The notes under the pieces are model-generated. The model was not told where the DNA came from, did not search any database, and was given only the letters and a program-made list of their open reading frames with translations. Shown piece after piece: positions 26,579 through 38,970 of a DNA stretch of 64,000 bases; positions within the stretch are counted from its first letter, which is position 1, and each line of letters begins with the position of its first letter. Made by a program: the position numbers and the translations under genes. Location: contig OZ037765.1 in NCBI GenBank assembly GCA_964035545.1, positions 19,530,995 to 19,594,994 of the forward strand. The letters run 5' to 3'. The DNA is from Bugula neritina (lineage: Eukaryota > Animalia > Bryozoa).

Positions 26579-29500
26579 ATGGCTGAAGCAGAACCCAGAG
26601 AGATAGAGTGTGGGTTTTGTTTGTTGAAGGAAGATCTTGAAAACCCAAAGTCTCTACCATGTGGTCATGTACATTGTTTAGTTTGTTTAACTAGAAATGT
26701 TGATGTAAATGACCTGATCAGGTGTCCCTGGTGCAGGTAAGTTGTATTACTAACTATAATATTCTCAGACTACAAGTGTTTTAACTTTATAGTGCAGCCC
26801 TGATACATATATGTGTTGAATGTAATATCTATTATATTCTGCTAAATATGTTTTACAGAGAAGTATTTGATGTGAATATCGAAAGTCTGCCTTCTGCAGA
26901 TATAGAGGAGAACTCCACATCATGCACTGTCTGCACTAAGAAAGGGACACAATACATACCCGCAGTTATATACTGTACTGTTTGTAATAAACTCTTTTGT
27001 GGAAAACATAGAGAGGTACAGCAATGGAGTATTATATTAGGCTCAGTAGTGTCTGTTTATAAAATAGTCAGTATAATATAATCATCTTGTAAATCTAATC
27101 ATCGTTTGGCACTTTGTATTTTTCAGTCACATGATGATACCAGTGATGACCACCAGCAAATTACGATCTCTGAATATAGAATACAAGCTAAGAGACTGGA
27201 GAAAAGAGTTTGTTCTAAACATCCAGACTACCAAATATCTCAGGGATGTAGACTCTGTGTCCGACTTTTTTGTGTGCAGTGTTTGTCTGCGACCAACACA
27301 TGTGTTAGAGGTAATTTATTTTAATCACAATTTTTTTACTTAATTCCAATAACGATCAACATGCATGATGATTCAACAGGATAATATTAATGCATGTAAT
27401 GGCTGTAGTCTTAGTTACTCGGTAATGGCTCATACATCTTGTAGAGATCTCTCTGACTTACTGTTTGTGTAGCTTATTACTTAAGGTAATTTTTGTTTTA
27501 GGTCCGTTACATGACATGCTCAGTCTAGATGAACTCATCAATAAACTGGTGAATGTAGAAAAAATGACTACTTCAGAAGACAAAGTATCTTCTCTCTTCA
27601 AACAGCTTTCTAAAACTATCTCTGACTTTGATACTGAAACAGGACGGTTACTACACATTCTTCATACTAAACGTGATGAGCAGGTCTGATTGACATTAAA
27701 TTTTCTAGAATATGCTTCCACACCATGTAAAATTTAAATGGTTTATTAATTACTTGTGTGTTTTAGTTGGCTGAGGTGAGACTAAAGTATGAGAAACTTG
27801 AAGAGAAGTTCTTAGCTAGTAGAAAGAAAACTAAAGAAACACTGGGCGCATACATGGAGAGAGATGTTGGAACTGTTTTGTCTCAACTGAGTAAAAATCG
27901 AATGAAGATCCAAGCTCAACTCAGACAAAACAATCAGGTGTGAAGAGTTGATATACATGTACTATTTGTTGCATACTTGAGTACAGAAAAAGCCAATTAA
28001 TGTTTTGGTGGTAATAACACCATTGGTTTTCGAAGTCTGCTGTTGAAAAATATTGGTGGTAAAATTATACTTTAATTGGAACTATGTTCTTTTTTGCAAA
28101 AAAAGTCTTTAGTGAAAAGATTTTAAACAAGGTTTCAATTAAATTTAATAGTATGGTGCTGAAAGCACAATTCTTGATCGCTTGCTTGCTATTCCTTTCG
28201 AAAAAGTGGTTTGTAAATGAAACTTTTAACGAATTTGTGATGAGATTTATTCTCCCCATTAAAAATGTTGACTTTTATTACGATTTTCCAATAAAAAAAC
28301 TTGTGCAAGTTTATAGTCACCATCCCTGTGGGAAAACCCCTGATAGAGAGTTTTTTTGTTAAATCGGGCTAAGGAGCAATTATGACCGGATGCTCTTCGT
28401 AACATCACCAATGGTATTGACTGGGGGTTCGAACCCATGACTTATGTTTACTAAGCAATTGTTCTAACCCCTAGACCACTCTCTAACCCCTAGACCACTC
28501 TCTAACCCCTAGACCACTCTCTAGCCCCTAGGGCCTAGACCAAGGCTGCTCCAATGGAATTTGTAAATTGGTTTAGTGATATAGCTATTTTTGGGTTGCT
28601 AAAACACTTGGGGTGTTTTTATTATATAGCAGTAGCACTCATCAAATAGATTTATTACTTTCATTCTGCAAACAACAGAAAAGAATTTGCTTGATACTTG
28701 CATTGCTATTGGTTTTGACACTTCAACTTAATGTTTTATTTCACCTATTAGTTTTCTATTTTGAACATAATGATAACAGACTTCTGTTTACAGGTGGATC
28801 TAGTTGAAGGATATGCAGAAATTAAAGATAGAATACAGAGACTTGTATCTGTAGAAATACCTAAACTAGAACTGTATGATATCCTGTCCCTAGAGGTCAA
28901 CGGTTAGTTAGTATGTGCTGAATATGTTATTTTCATGTGGTACTGTGTTACTGAATAATACGATGTATTTATGTTTACTCTCTACATCAGTATGGGTCCT
29001 TTTACTTATTTTAGTACACACTGGAAATCTCCCGTTTTTAGCTATTTTTCACAAATTAGCTGCTAATGAACAAGGGCTTTTGCCCAAAACTAGTAAAATA
29101 TGAATGAATACACCTAAATAATCAAGGTTCTTCTTAATTTTGCTTGATTTTCCATGTTTTTTTCCAATTATTCCGCTAATTTTGATTTCGGAGAGCTATG
29201 GTTTTTTCATAACCCTCTGCAATCAAAAGTAGCTGAATAATTAGAAAAAAAAACATGGGAAATTAAGCAAAATTAAGAAGAACCTTGATTATTTAGGTGT
29301 ATTCATTCATATTTTACTAGTTTTGGGCAAAAGCCCTTGTTCATTAGCAGCTAATTTGTGAAAAATAGCTAAAAACTGGAGATTTCCAGTGTGTACTAAA
29401 TTAAGTAAAAGGACCCGTATATCATAATATTTCAGTTTATTTTAGTAATCACAATGCTGCAAGCTCGTCTTAATTTAAACTAGTGTTACAGCATATATAA

Positions 29501-31417
29501 TTATCGTTGTACTAAGCAAGTTGTTTTGCTATAGTGATATTTCTGATATATTAATATTCAGAGTGGTTGTGCTGATTATTGTATAGTTCATATAATGTAA
29601 GATATCCCTAATACTATATATATATTAGAAGAAAATGCAGAAAGTATTTAATAATAACTCAACAGCATTCAAGCAACTATAATTTTTATTTTACTAGATT
29701 TAAATGTATAGAAAAGATAAAAAAAACTGCAGAGTGTATCTAGTAATAAAATAACTAAACACACCAGTTTAATAACATGCATCTGATACAGTGTAGGGAG
29801 CTTTGGATAAACTCATTCTACTTCTACACTCTTTAATACTCCATGAACTATATACATGTGTGTAGTGTGGTGTGCATGGTGTTTGCAGTGCGCTCGCGTC
29901 TATGTATATCATGATGAGCAATAATAATTATGACTACTCAAATATAAACGTTGATTGTTTTTACCATCAGGTTTAGTATATTAATGATTTCATTTTGCAT
30001 GCAAATAACTATATACGTTTATACTTTGCAGAAAAGAAGAGAGACATAGAGGTAGATGTAGTTTCTGCAGCAGACATGTCTATTAGTTTGGCTCAAGGAG
30101 TGAGAACTCCTGCTCTTCCTACTTCGCTCAAACTTATGCAATCTGTTGAGGTTTCCAATGTTTGTTGGTCAGTCTTTAGACATGAGAATAACACTTATGT
30201 AGGACTGAACGGTGGAATAGACAGAATGGATGAGAACTACAAAGTTACTCGGTCATTTTTTGCAGTCCATGATCATGTATTTAGTCACGCATCATATAAA
30301 AATCGGCTGTATGCCCTAGTGCGTGTTGGTAGTTATTGTTGGAAGGTAATTGTGTACGACTTTAGTGGGAATCAGGTGACCAGTTGGTCATTTAGTGATG
30401 AAAGTGGGTATAGCAATACACTTGCTATAGTTGATGGTCAGATAGCGGTCTCTGATAAACAAAGAAAAAGACTCACAATCTACTCTCTTACTGGGAAGGT
30501 AATTAAACACGTTCCCTGCTCTCTACTTGGTAACTGTTACGTAGTTATATGTCCAGCAGACAGACAGTGTGTAGTAGTTTCTGATTACAAATTCTCTCAA
30601 GTGTTTAAGTTAGACCTGACAACAGAGAAAGTCATCTGGACATGTAAGGATGTGACTAACCCAGAAGGCGTGGCCTTCTATAGAAGTAGATATATTCTTG
30701 TGACTAATTGTTCCAGAAAAACTACTATCTGGATACTGGATGTAAAGACAGGTTAGTTGGTGTTTATTCTAGTATATTCTACTGATTTCTATGAAGTTAC
30801 ATTTAACACATGAGTTTGCATTTATTATAGTTGGGTTGCATACTTTCTCAATCTAAATTTCAAAAAAAAAATACTGTTTATTATGTTATCATATAATATA
30901 ATATAGCTATTCACTAGCCAAGAATACCATATTAAAAATTAAGAGATGTTTTTGTTATATATTATAATCCATTATAATCTTGTAGTTGTTGTATTCTGGC
31001 TAAGTGTCCACATCTGTTTTACTCATTATGTGAAAGGTTAATGCACTTATTTAGTTATTTTATTAGTCATGATTTTGAGTGCAATATTAGAATGTGCTTG
31101 ATTGTAAAGCGGTCAGTTGTTATAGGGAGTGCAGTCAGTGCAGAATAAAACTTTTACTCTTTCACTTATATGTAATCCACCTTGTTACAGTCATCAGGTT
31201 GCTACTGATACTCATAAAACAATATTTGATATTTGGGAAGGCAACATGTAGAATGAAAGCTGTTTTACTATATCCTGTTACAGGTACACAGCTGGCCAAG
31301 ATAGAAAATCCTACTGCTAGAGTGAATAGTAATGTATTTGATCTCCATGTATATGGAGACACTCTGATTGTACCCAGATATGACGAGAAAAAAGTTCTGT
31401 TCTACCAGCTGGCCTAG
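26579..31417 (+). CDS. TRIM-type E3 ubiquitin ligase (RING, two B-box-like modules, coiled coil, C-terminal NHL-like beta-propeller), 8 coding exons
   Basis: CGFC...LPCGHVHCLVC...CPWC RING, CTVC...YCTVCNKLFCGKH, CSKH...CRLCVRLFCVQC, coiled-coil exons, a 30031-30751 exon with beta-propeller repeats (NPEGVAFY, VVVSDY) and last exon ...VLFYQLA*. Exons are in phase. Confidence 0.88.
28298..28552 (-). mobile_element. tRNA-Thr-derived SINE, copy B, with a multiplied A-box segment
   Basis: Same body as copy A, B box ggttcgaacccc, and the 19-bp unit ctctaacccctagaccact repeated about 4 times. Confidence 0.88.
28993..29417. mobile_element. Fully palindromic MITE (about 425 bp, TA flanks)
   Basis: Arms of about 200 bp are near-perfect reverse complements (gggtccttttactt...aagtaaaaggaccc), with TA at 28991-28992 and 29418-29419. 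Confidence 0.92.
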
Positions 31418-31490
31418 ACAGGTATTACTCTGTTTTATAGCTAAGAGGAGTGTTTTAATAAATTTATTGTATGGATAAACATTGTAAAGT

Positions 31491-31566
31491 GCTTGTCGCT
31501 GCCCGGAATCAAACCACAAACCTCCAACTTGCAAGTGAGTGTGCTAACCATTACACTATGTAGTCT
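31491..31566 (-). pseudogene. tRNA-derived remnant (head of a second SINE family or a pseudo-tRNA)
   Basis: Minus strand gactacatagtgtaatggttagcac (A box), cttgcaag and ggtttgattcc (B-box-like). Stems pair poorly. Confidence 0.6.
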
Positions 31567-32229
31567 ACTGGAGAATCTCAACACTGCATAAATATTTCAT
31601 GCACAGGTTAAACAGCATATAAATTTATTTTTGCGGCTGTTCACTTATTTTTTGTGTTCAGCTGTTACATGGAATCTTCAACAGACTGTAACTATTTCTA
31701 TGTTGTTTGCACCCAATACAGTTACTGCATGTGATAGAGTATGGAGTTGTCAGATCAAATGATATCTGGTAATATATGATATAGTAACAGTATTTACCAT
31801 TACTGCGCCTATAGATATACATGTATATGCAGTACAAGATCATTACCTATCTGACTAGTTAATACACGTAGCTGTATATTTCAGGTGATGTGAGAATAAA
31901 CCGCACCCTGTGTTCTTAACAAAAAGTTATGATTGCTTGAAACAAACATGGAACCCCCTGAATGCGCTCAAGACATGTATAAATATTGAAACTCTGTCTC
32001 ACTTTTAATACCTCCAAGTTCTGAATAGACCATGGAATATCAACTTTGTTTGTGTTTATATCATTATATTTGTATTATTGTGTTACCATTTAGTTTGTAG
32101 TGATATCACATAACACAACATTTTGTCATAAGTGTTATTTTAATTCTTGTTCTAGGAATAAAGTATTTATACACCGCCAATGAACATATATAAAACAATA
32201 CATAAACATACGAAACCTAATAAGACACA

Positions 32230-32406
32230 TGTTGGTTTAAAGTCACCATCCATGTGAGAAACCCCTGCTGGACTTTTCACTATAATGGCACAGGAGCAAT
32301 TATGACTGGATGCCCTTCCTAAGATCACCAATATCCTTTATTGAAGATCGGATTACTGACCTCTTGTTTACTAAGACAGTGCTCTAACCCCTAGACCACA
32401 TGCTCC
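32230..32406 (-). mobile_element. tRNA-Thr-derived SINE, copy C (diverged)
   Basis: ggagcatgtggtctaggggttagagcactgtcttagtaaacaagagg plus shared body tggtgatcttaggaagggcatccagtcataattgct. Confidence 0.82.
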
Positions 32407-32896
32407 TTAACCATGCTATGCCTAAATGGTATTTTATGAATTTGATCATAATACACTGTGGTATGTGTGCTGTGCATGCACTTCCCTTCACAAAGCCTAA
32501 TTTGAAGATGATCTGGTTGCATGAGTAAGAGCAATGTAAACTTTAGATTTTACCTATTTCAATAGAAGCAATAAAGAATAGTTTTCAGACTAGTGTTAAA
32601 GTACTGAGCACTCTACAAACTACAAAAAGACAAGCATTTAATGCAGCTCTGTAATAAATCACTTATTTTCTAAACAGAAAATGCCTCATAGAAAAGCTTT
32701 TGAATGTTGTTTCAATTCAAGTACTTTTAAATTATCAAAACACAATCATATTTTGTATTAGATTAGATACTTTACAAATTGCACGATTATGCAGTTTCTG
32801 TGAGTATAATTGCTTGTGTAAATAGGACAAAATATTTCCTACAGTGCTAGTCTTATGCACATAGGTTATATATAAGTCATACTATTTAAAAAATAG

Positions 32897-34230
32897 GTTA
32901 TAAATTTGAATTTTAATGCATTGCTAACTTCATTACACTCAACAATCAAAAACATAACTCCGACAACACAAAGTCACAAACTTGATTTGCATCAGCCAAG
33001 AGAGTTTATTGAGCAGAGATTCACTGAACTAATATTATCACTCATCATGTCTATCACTTCAACTACTGTGTACTCATTTACTGTGTTTGGTAAAGGAGAG
33101 AGAATGTGGATTAAGAGAGTTTTACAGAATAAGTCAGCAGTGAGTAAAATGTTGTGTTTATCATCACGTCATGTCTGAATAAATAGATTTGAAATTTTCT
33201 AGTTATACTAACATAGAGACTGATCTACTAATTTATACAGCAAAGAACACTAGTTTCACATGTGACTTGATATTAAAACTTATAAAACGTTTTGGTAATT
33301 TACAACAGGAAAAAAGATTAGAGATGGAGCAGGAGTTGAATGTTATACAGAAATTATACAATGGCTCAATCATATCAAAGTCACAGCTCACCAAGTTGAT
33401 GGCAGTTATATTGACACAGGTAAACAGCTTATTTTAAAATTTGAAAAAAGCTTTTTTATAACATTCATGATGAAGGGTATACTGCAGTGGCTGGGGAAAG
33501 TATACCCCTCAATATCCCCTACTAAACACTTACAGTATATTATGGTGCAACTAATGTATCAAGGACTGTACTGCATCACTCTCTACGGTGACACCGCCGG
33601 AACATTATCTTAGCCAATCAGGATCAACCCCTCATATATAATCAGTGCTTTCCAGTGCCCACAGCAGTCTATATGGTAGTAGTTAAGTAGATAGGTTAAC
33701 TTTGCGCAACAGTTACTGATTGTACTCTTTTCTCTTTTTACTTATATGTGGTTTTATTGTGCGTAATTGAAATACTAATACAGTTCTCTAGTTAAATATC
33801 AACTGGTTCGGTTCTTCACATAACCTCACAGTGGATATGCAGTATAGTTACGGAGTACGGAATAATACCCACAAGAGTAGTGTATAAAACTACAACACTA
33901 CGTTATATGTTTCTCAAACTAGCTGTAACATTGAGATATATATTTAGTAAAAAGAGTTGATTTTAAACAATTTGTCGATATTTGAATTAATTTTTACGAG
34001 ATGTTTTAAATTACAATAAGAAATGCTGTTTTGTAACATAATAAGATATTGAATAATTATTTTATTAGTTCTATTTTATATTTACAGACGGTTAGAAAGT
34101 CACTGTAGATTTTGTACACAGACTGAGTTGTGTGAAGAAAGGATGAAGTATGACTACTCCAAGTAAGATGAGATCAACACAATGCAGATGAAGTGTATGA
34201 TGAGAGTCAACACAGTAATGAATGTTGTCA
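32897..34230 (+). pseudogene. Orphan three-exon cassette, copy 3 (open frames in exons A and B, exon C TVRKSL*)
   Basis: ORFs 32906-33178 and 33189-33437 are nearly identical to copy 1. Donors gtgagt/gtaaac and acceptors acag/tacag are conserved. Confidence 0.6.
33474..33897 (+). mobile_element. Probable solo LTR inserted in intron 2 of cassette copy 3
   Basis: Insertion of about 420 bp absent from copies 1 and 4 (flanks catgatga...tacgttatat). Contains AGCCAATCAG and TATATAA and ends in ...TACAACA. Confidence 0.6.
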
Positions 34231-35359
34231 ATTTTGGAAATATTGTTAATGTATTTAGTTATGAACAGTAATATTAGAGTACACTGTGACAGTGTCTAAT
34301 ATTTAAAAGAAGACATGCTGAATTTATATACGAGTATTGTGTTACAGAGTGCATAGGGTGTATATAGACTAGCTATTATACTGTTGCATTTAATGTTTTT
34401 GAAAAATTAATTAGCCATTACTGCTGAACTCAAGTGTGTTACTTTCTAGTGTCAAAAGCACTCATATGTTTATGGTTAGACACAATACAGTTATCTTATT
34501 GGTTTATAGGTTGGGTATTACAAATATATCATTATCCTCCACAACCTTATAAGTCATATATTGCTTTTTATTCAATGTCAAGCACAGTAACTATACAATA
34601 TTGTTCAAAAATTATTTTACATTTTCAATTTATTGCACATTATGTTACAAAACATAGACAAGAAAACTTTGGTTATGTGAGAGCTTATAGAACTTATGCT
34701 ATCGTATAATGTTGCTCTTACATGATAAACAGAGCAAGTTCAAGTATCTAAACTGAATTAACCATTAAAAGAATTCTTGGGCAGTAGTTAATATGGAGCA
34801 TTATATAGCAAATGCCTAAGGCTATAAAAAGCATAACTTCGAATAGTCTAGTTACTAATAAATGTACCATGCAAGTACAGTAGCAGGAATAGATATATCA
34901 TACAATTTAGTAGATTAGGTAATACCTATGATGGGTTGTAACAATGAAGGAAATGGTGTTTTCATAAAAAATTCTAAATAAAAGATTAAATATCTTCAAC
35001 TTTGACCACTACAAATAATAACCTTTCCAGAGTGAGGGCCACTCTGTGCGGCAGTTTCAGTGTTCTTCGAATTATACTATTCTAAATATCTGACAATAAT
35101 TAAACAGCAAAATTCAAATGATATTTGAAGGCTACATACATGTATTATAATTAAGAAAGGCTCTGCTCTGCTCTGCCTGTATATAAATAAAAGATTTCAC
35201 TAACTATAATTTATATACATGTGCATATTAATATACATATATATTAATATTATTATACTGTATTTATATACATACATATCTTATGCATACAAAATGTCCT
35301 ATGTCGGTGCTATGTAACGATTTTCACTTTAAATATTATATGATTAAATTGTACAACCA

Positions 35360-36450
35360 CCAGTGAGACACTTGGTACTGCTTGCCTTGGGAAATTCTGT
35401 CAATGCAAGTTTTTGTCTCGTTTGCAGTCCTTAGTTGCTGGACTAAGTGCTTACCCCATTGTTTATTCTTTGTATATACTTCATCTGACGGAAGATTTTT
35501 TTCATATACATACATGCATGATGACCTAAGAAGACTGGCCATCATGATAGTGTATCTATATACAACTGAAAAAGGGTCAGATAAAAGAAAATCATAATAA
35601 AATTCTGTGACAATATCATGATTGAGATGCATGTTGCTGAGTGAGAAGAGGATTGCTCTGCAAGTCAATGAACTCCATCTGTACTGTAGTTGGAACAGTG
35701 CCAGGTTCAACAGAGGATGGATCAGAAAGTTTTGGCATTTATTGCACAGTCTCTTTAAATGAAGAAAATCTTCTATAATCAAAATCAGCTGAGAGATCAG
35801 ACCGCATAATATCTGAATTTATCTCATGCTCACAAGCATAACAGCATTTGAAGTAAGAATTGTTCTTCCTTGTACTTTTTGCTCCTACAACTTTGGTTGA
35901 TTGTAGATGTTCATTATTGATATGTCCTCACTGATGTCGACAAAAAATACTAAATCTCAGATCCAACTCTAGCCTGTAAACTCATATGCATGCTCATGAT
36001 GCTCCTGTTGCTTCACATAAGTTTGTTAATTTCATTTATAACAGATTGCAATAGTCTACATACAAATGTTTTTGGCACTACAAAGCGCTCTGACTTAACT
36101 TGACTAATTACAGTAGTCCATGTTTAAAATCAAATTCCATCTTATCAAGCATAACTTTGAATTGGCGAAGGCTCAAAGCTTCCAATCATACATAAAGCTA
36201 TAATTACTACTGCAAGTTGCATTACACAATTCGTCTTTTATAGTGTCTGCCCGGGTGTACTATTGTCTATTAGAGACATATAAGAGAGGTTATTCCAGAG
36301 AGGTAATTTGAGCAACTAGTTCACTTTTTCCCACTCATTGCAGGAGCTCTATTTGTACACAAAATAAACATTTCTATCAATGACTGTATACTTTCAGCAT
36401 ATTGTTAGAGATATCTCTCTCAGCTGTGCTTTTATGCAAGTTACACATTG
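35360..36450 (-). mobile_element. Degenerate hAT (Charlie/Buster, GTF2IRD2-like) transposase remnant
   Basis: Minus-strand fragments LRQFKVMLDKME, DFDYRRFSSFK, VQMEFIDLQSN, EFY...MASLL.SS and the C-terminus HLVQQLRTA...IDRISQGKQYQVSH typical of this family, with many frameshifts. Confidence 0.75.
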
Positions 36451-36949
36451 CTACAAAGAATGAATATTAGGAGAAAGATAGTCATGTTTCAATTCAAGAA
36501 CTTTGTAATAATGTATTAAAAACGTACAATGTTTTTATTTTATTGTATTGCATATTTTGAAAACTATATATTAAGTATCGTGAGATGTAGTAAACAAGTT
36601 ACTATAGAAAATATGATTTACTAAGACACTTACGAATATATGTAGCTATTATCACAGAACCAGCCTGTGTGTAACTTTCATTGAAAAAAAATTAATCCTA
36701 AATAATTTTTAATTACACGCAGCTATAAGCTAACCATGCATTTCTGGTTTCAGTATCCTATCTATACCCACTTCACCCTAATAGCTACTTTGACGAGTAC
36801 TTTTGAAAGTTTCACAAAACCAAACCTCAAAAACTTTATTAGGCCTACTTTAAGTTTTGCCATACAAGTAGTTTCTAGAGCAAATGGAATATAAAAAAAA
36901 GTGTACAATAGTTTAAATACATATATAACAGCATATTATAATTGTATTT

Positions 36950-37890
36950 ACACAAATATCATAAATTCAAATCCTAATGCGTTGCTAACTTCATTACACT
37001 CAACAATCAAAAACATAACTCCGACAACACAAAGTCACAAACTTGATTTGCATCAGCCAAGAGAGTTTATTGAGCAGATATTTACTGAACTAATATTATC
37101 ACTCATCATGTCTATCATTTCAACTACTGTGTACTCATTTACTGTGTTTGGTAGAGGAGAAAGCATGTGGATTAGGAGAGTTTTACAGCATAAGTCAGCA
37201 GTGAGTAAAATGTTGTGTTTATCATCACGTCATGTGTAAATAAGCTGATTTGAATTTTTTTTAATAATCTACTAGTTCAAACTGTAAAGAACACTAATTT
37301 TCCACATAAACTGATAATAAAACTCATAAAATATTCTGATAATTTATAACAGGATGAAAGAATAGAGATGGAGCAGGAGTTGAATGTCATACAGAAATTA
37401 TACAATAACTCAATCATATCAAAGTCTCAGCTCACCAAGTTGATGACAGTTATATTAACACAGGTAAACAGCTTATTTTGATTTAAAATATGTTTGTACA
37501 ATATTCATGATGAGCGATGTAATACGTTATATATACTGCATATATCTCAAACATCAACTTCATATGTATATATTATTTAGCAAAAGGAGAATCAATCCAT
37601 GAGACAAAATGCATTTGTATTTGAACTAATTTCAACCTAATGCTGTAAATTTTATTAAGAGATTAGGTGTTTCATCATACTATTTTATGAGATAATAAAA
37701 CAATATCATGATTCTGTTTTATAATTGCAGACTCTAAGAAAGTCATCTGAAGCATAGCGCACAGAGTTACAAGACGACAGATTGAGATGTGACAACTCCT
37801 TATAATCAGTTGAGATCAACACAATGCAGATGAAGTGTATGAAGAGAACCAACACAGTAATGAATGTTGATAACTCTGTGAATACTGTTG
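36950..37890 (+). pseudogene. Orphan three-exon cassette, copy 4 (exon C TLRKSSEA*)
   Basis: ORF 36901-37239, exon B at about 37353-37463 DERIEMEQELNVIQKLYNNSIISKSQLTKLMTVILTQ, and an exon A acceptor that appears lost. Confidence 0.6.
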
Positions 37891-38756
37891 ATATAATTAT
37901 TTAGTAATGCCATGGACAGTAGTATTAGAATTCTCTACTGGATTCATATCTAATATTTATGAGAAGACATGCATATTAAGCTTTATCATGTTGTGTTAGA
38001 GAGAATGCAGATAGCTACTCTACTATATTAATTGTTATTTATCGTAAAACTATTTTATATTACCAAAATGTTATTTATGTGCATTTATATTTAAAACAGA
38101 TACAGTTACTTTTCTTGGATAATCTGTTTTGTGTTACAAATAAACTGTTTTCTCACACATACTTATATAATAGTTTTCTATCAAGTGTCCAACAATCATG
38201 GTATGAGATTGAAAGTATAGTTACTAATTTATGCATGCCTAACCTAAAGGTAGCCTAATTATGTTTAAGTTTACTACAGGCTATGACAACATCATGCTTG
38301 TTTTCAATATCTTTTTCAAGTTATTGCAGCAATTTTGCTATAGGGCTATCCATCAGCTAGCATTAAGCAAATATAGCACTTACTTGGCTTACAAAAATAT
38401 TACTTGGCTAATTGCAAATAATATATTTTTGACTAAATATTATAAAATTATGGTTACTGAAGTTAAAATATTTTTTATAAGTTTTGTAAAATGAACTACA
38501 AGTATAAACCCTATCAATGTAGAGAAATGTGCATATAACTAATTAATTCTAGCTGCGGTATACAGAAATTAATTTTATACAAATCAACTTGATACAATTT
38601 TGTGCTGTATTAAAGTCTTATAATTTTTTCTTGAACTGCACTCCAAACCAATATAGCAGTTGGAAAGGTATAGTGTAGCATGCATCAATTAAAATTTGTT
38701 AAGATTTTTGGATGTTGATCTGTATAACTGTAACAGTTAGAGTTTAGTGCTTAATA

Positions 38757-38970
38757 ACTCACGCAATGTTTATAGTCGCTTTGCCTGTGAGAAACCCCTG
38801 ATAGAAAGGGTTTTTGTTAAAGCGGGCTAAGGACTTATTTAAATGAAGCACAGAAGCAATTATGACTGGATGCTCTTCCTAACATCACCAATGGCCTTTG
38901 TCCGGGCTCGAACCCATGACCTTCGTGTTTCCTAGGCAAACGCTCTAACCCCTAGACCACGGCTGCTCCC
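38757..38970 (-). mobile_element. tRNA-Thr-derived SINE, copy D, full length with TSD
   Basis: 16-bp TSD agtttagtgcttaata at 38741-38756 and 38971-38986, A box tggtctaggggttag and B box ggttcgagcc. Confidence 0.93.

Noticed and set aside
28455-28530. Interstitial telomeric repeat (CTAACCCC)
   Set aside because: The unit is the 19-bp SINE A-box segment, not (TTAGGG)n
3541-31417. SMC6 plus TRIM as a functional antiviral cluster
   Set aside because: Adjacency alone is not evidence, and TRIM paralogs are commonly scattered in TE-rich intervals
31900-32170. LINE 3' remnant (TWNPLNAL-like)
   Set aside because: Only a weak motif, and boundaries cannot be supported
30751-32900. Specific in-frame splice from TRIM exon 7 into cassette copy 3
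   Set aside because: The TRIM donor is phase 1 and the nearest cassette acceptor is phase 0. Acceptor phases differ among copies, so no specific fusion is supported.
38890-38970. Functional tRNA gene
   Set aside because: The acceptor stem does not pair, and the sequence continues into a repeated SINE body with a TSD
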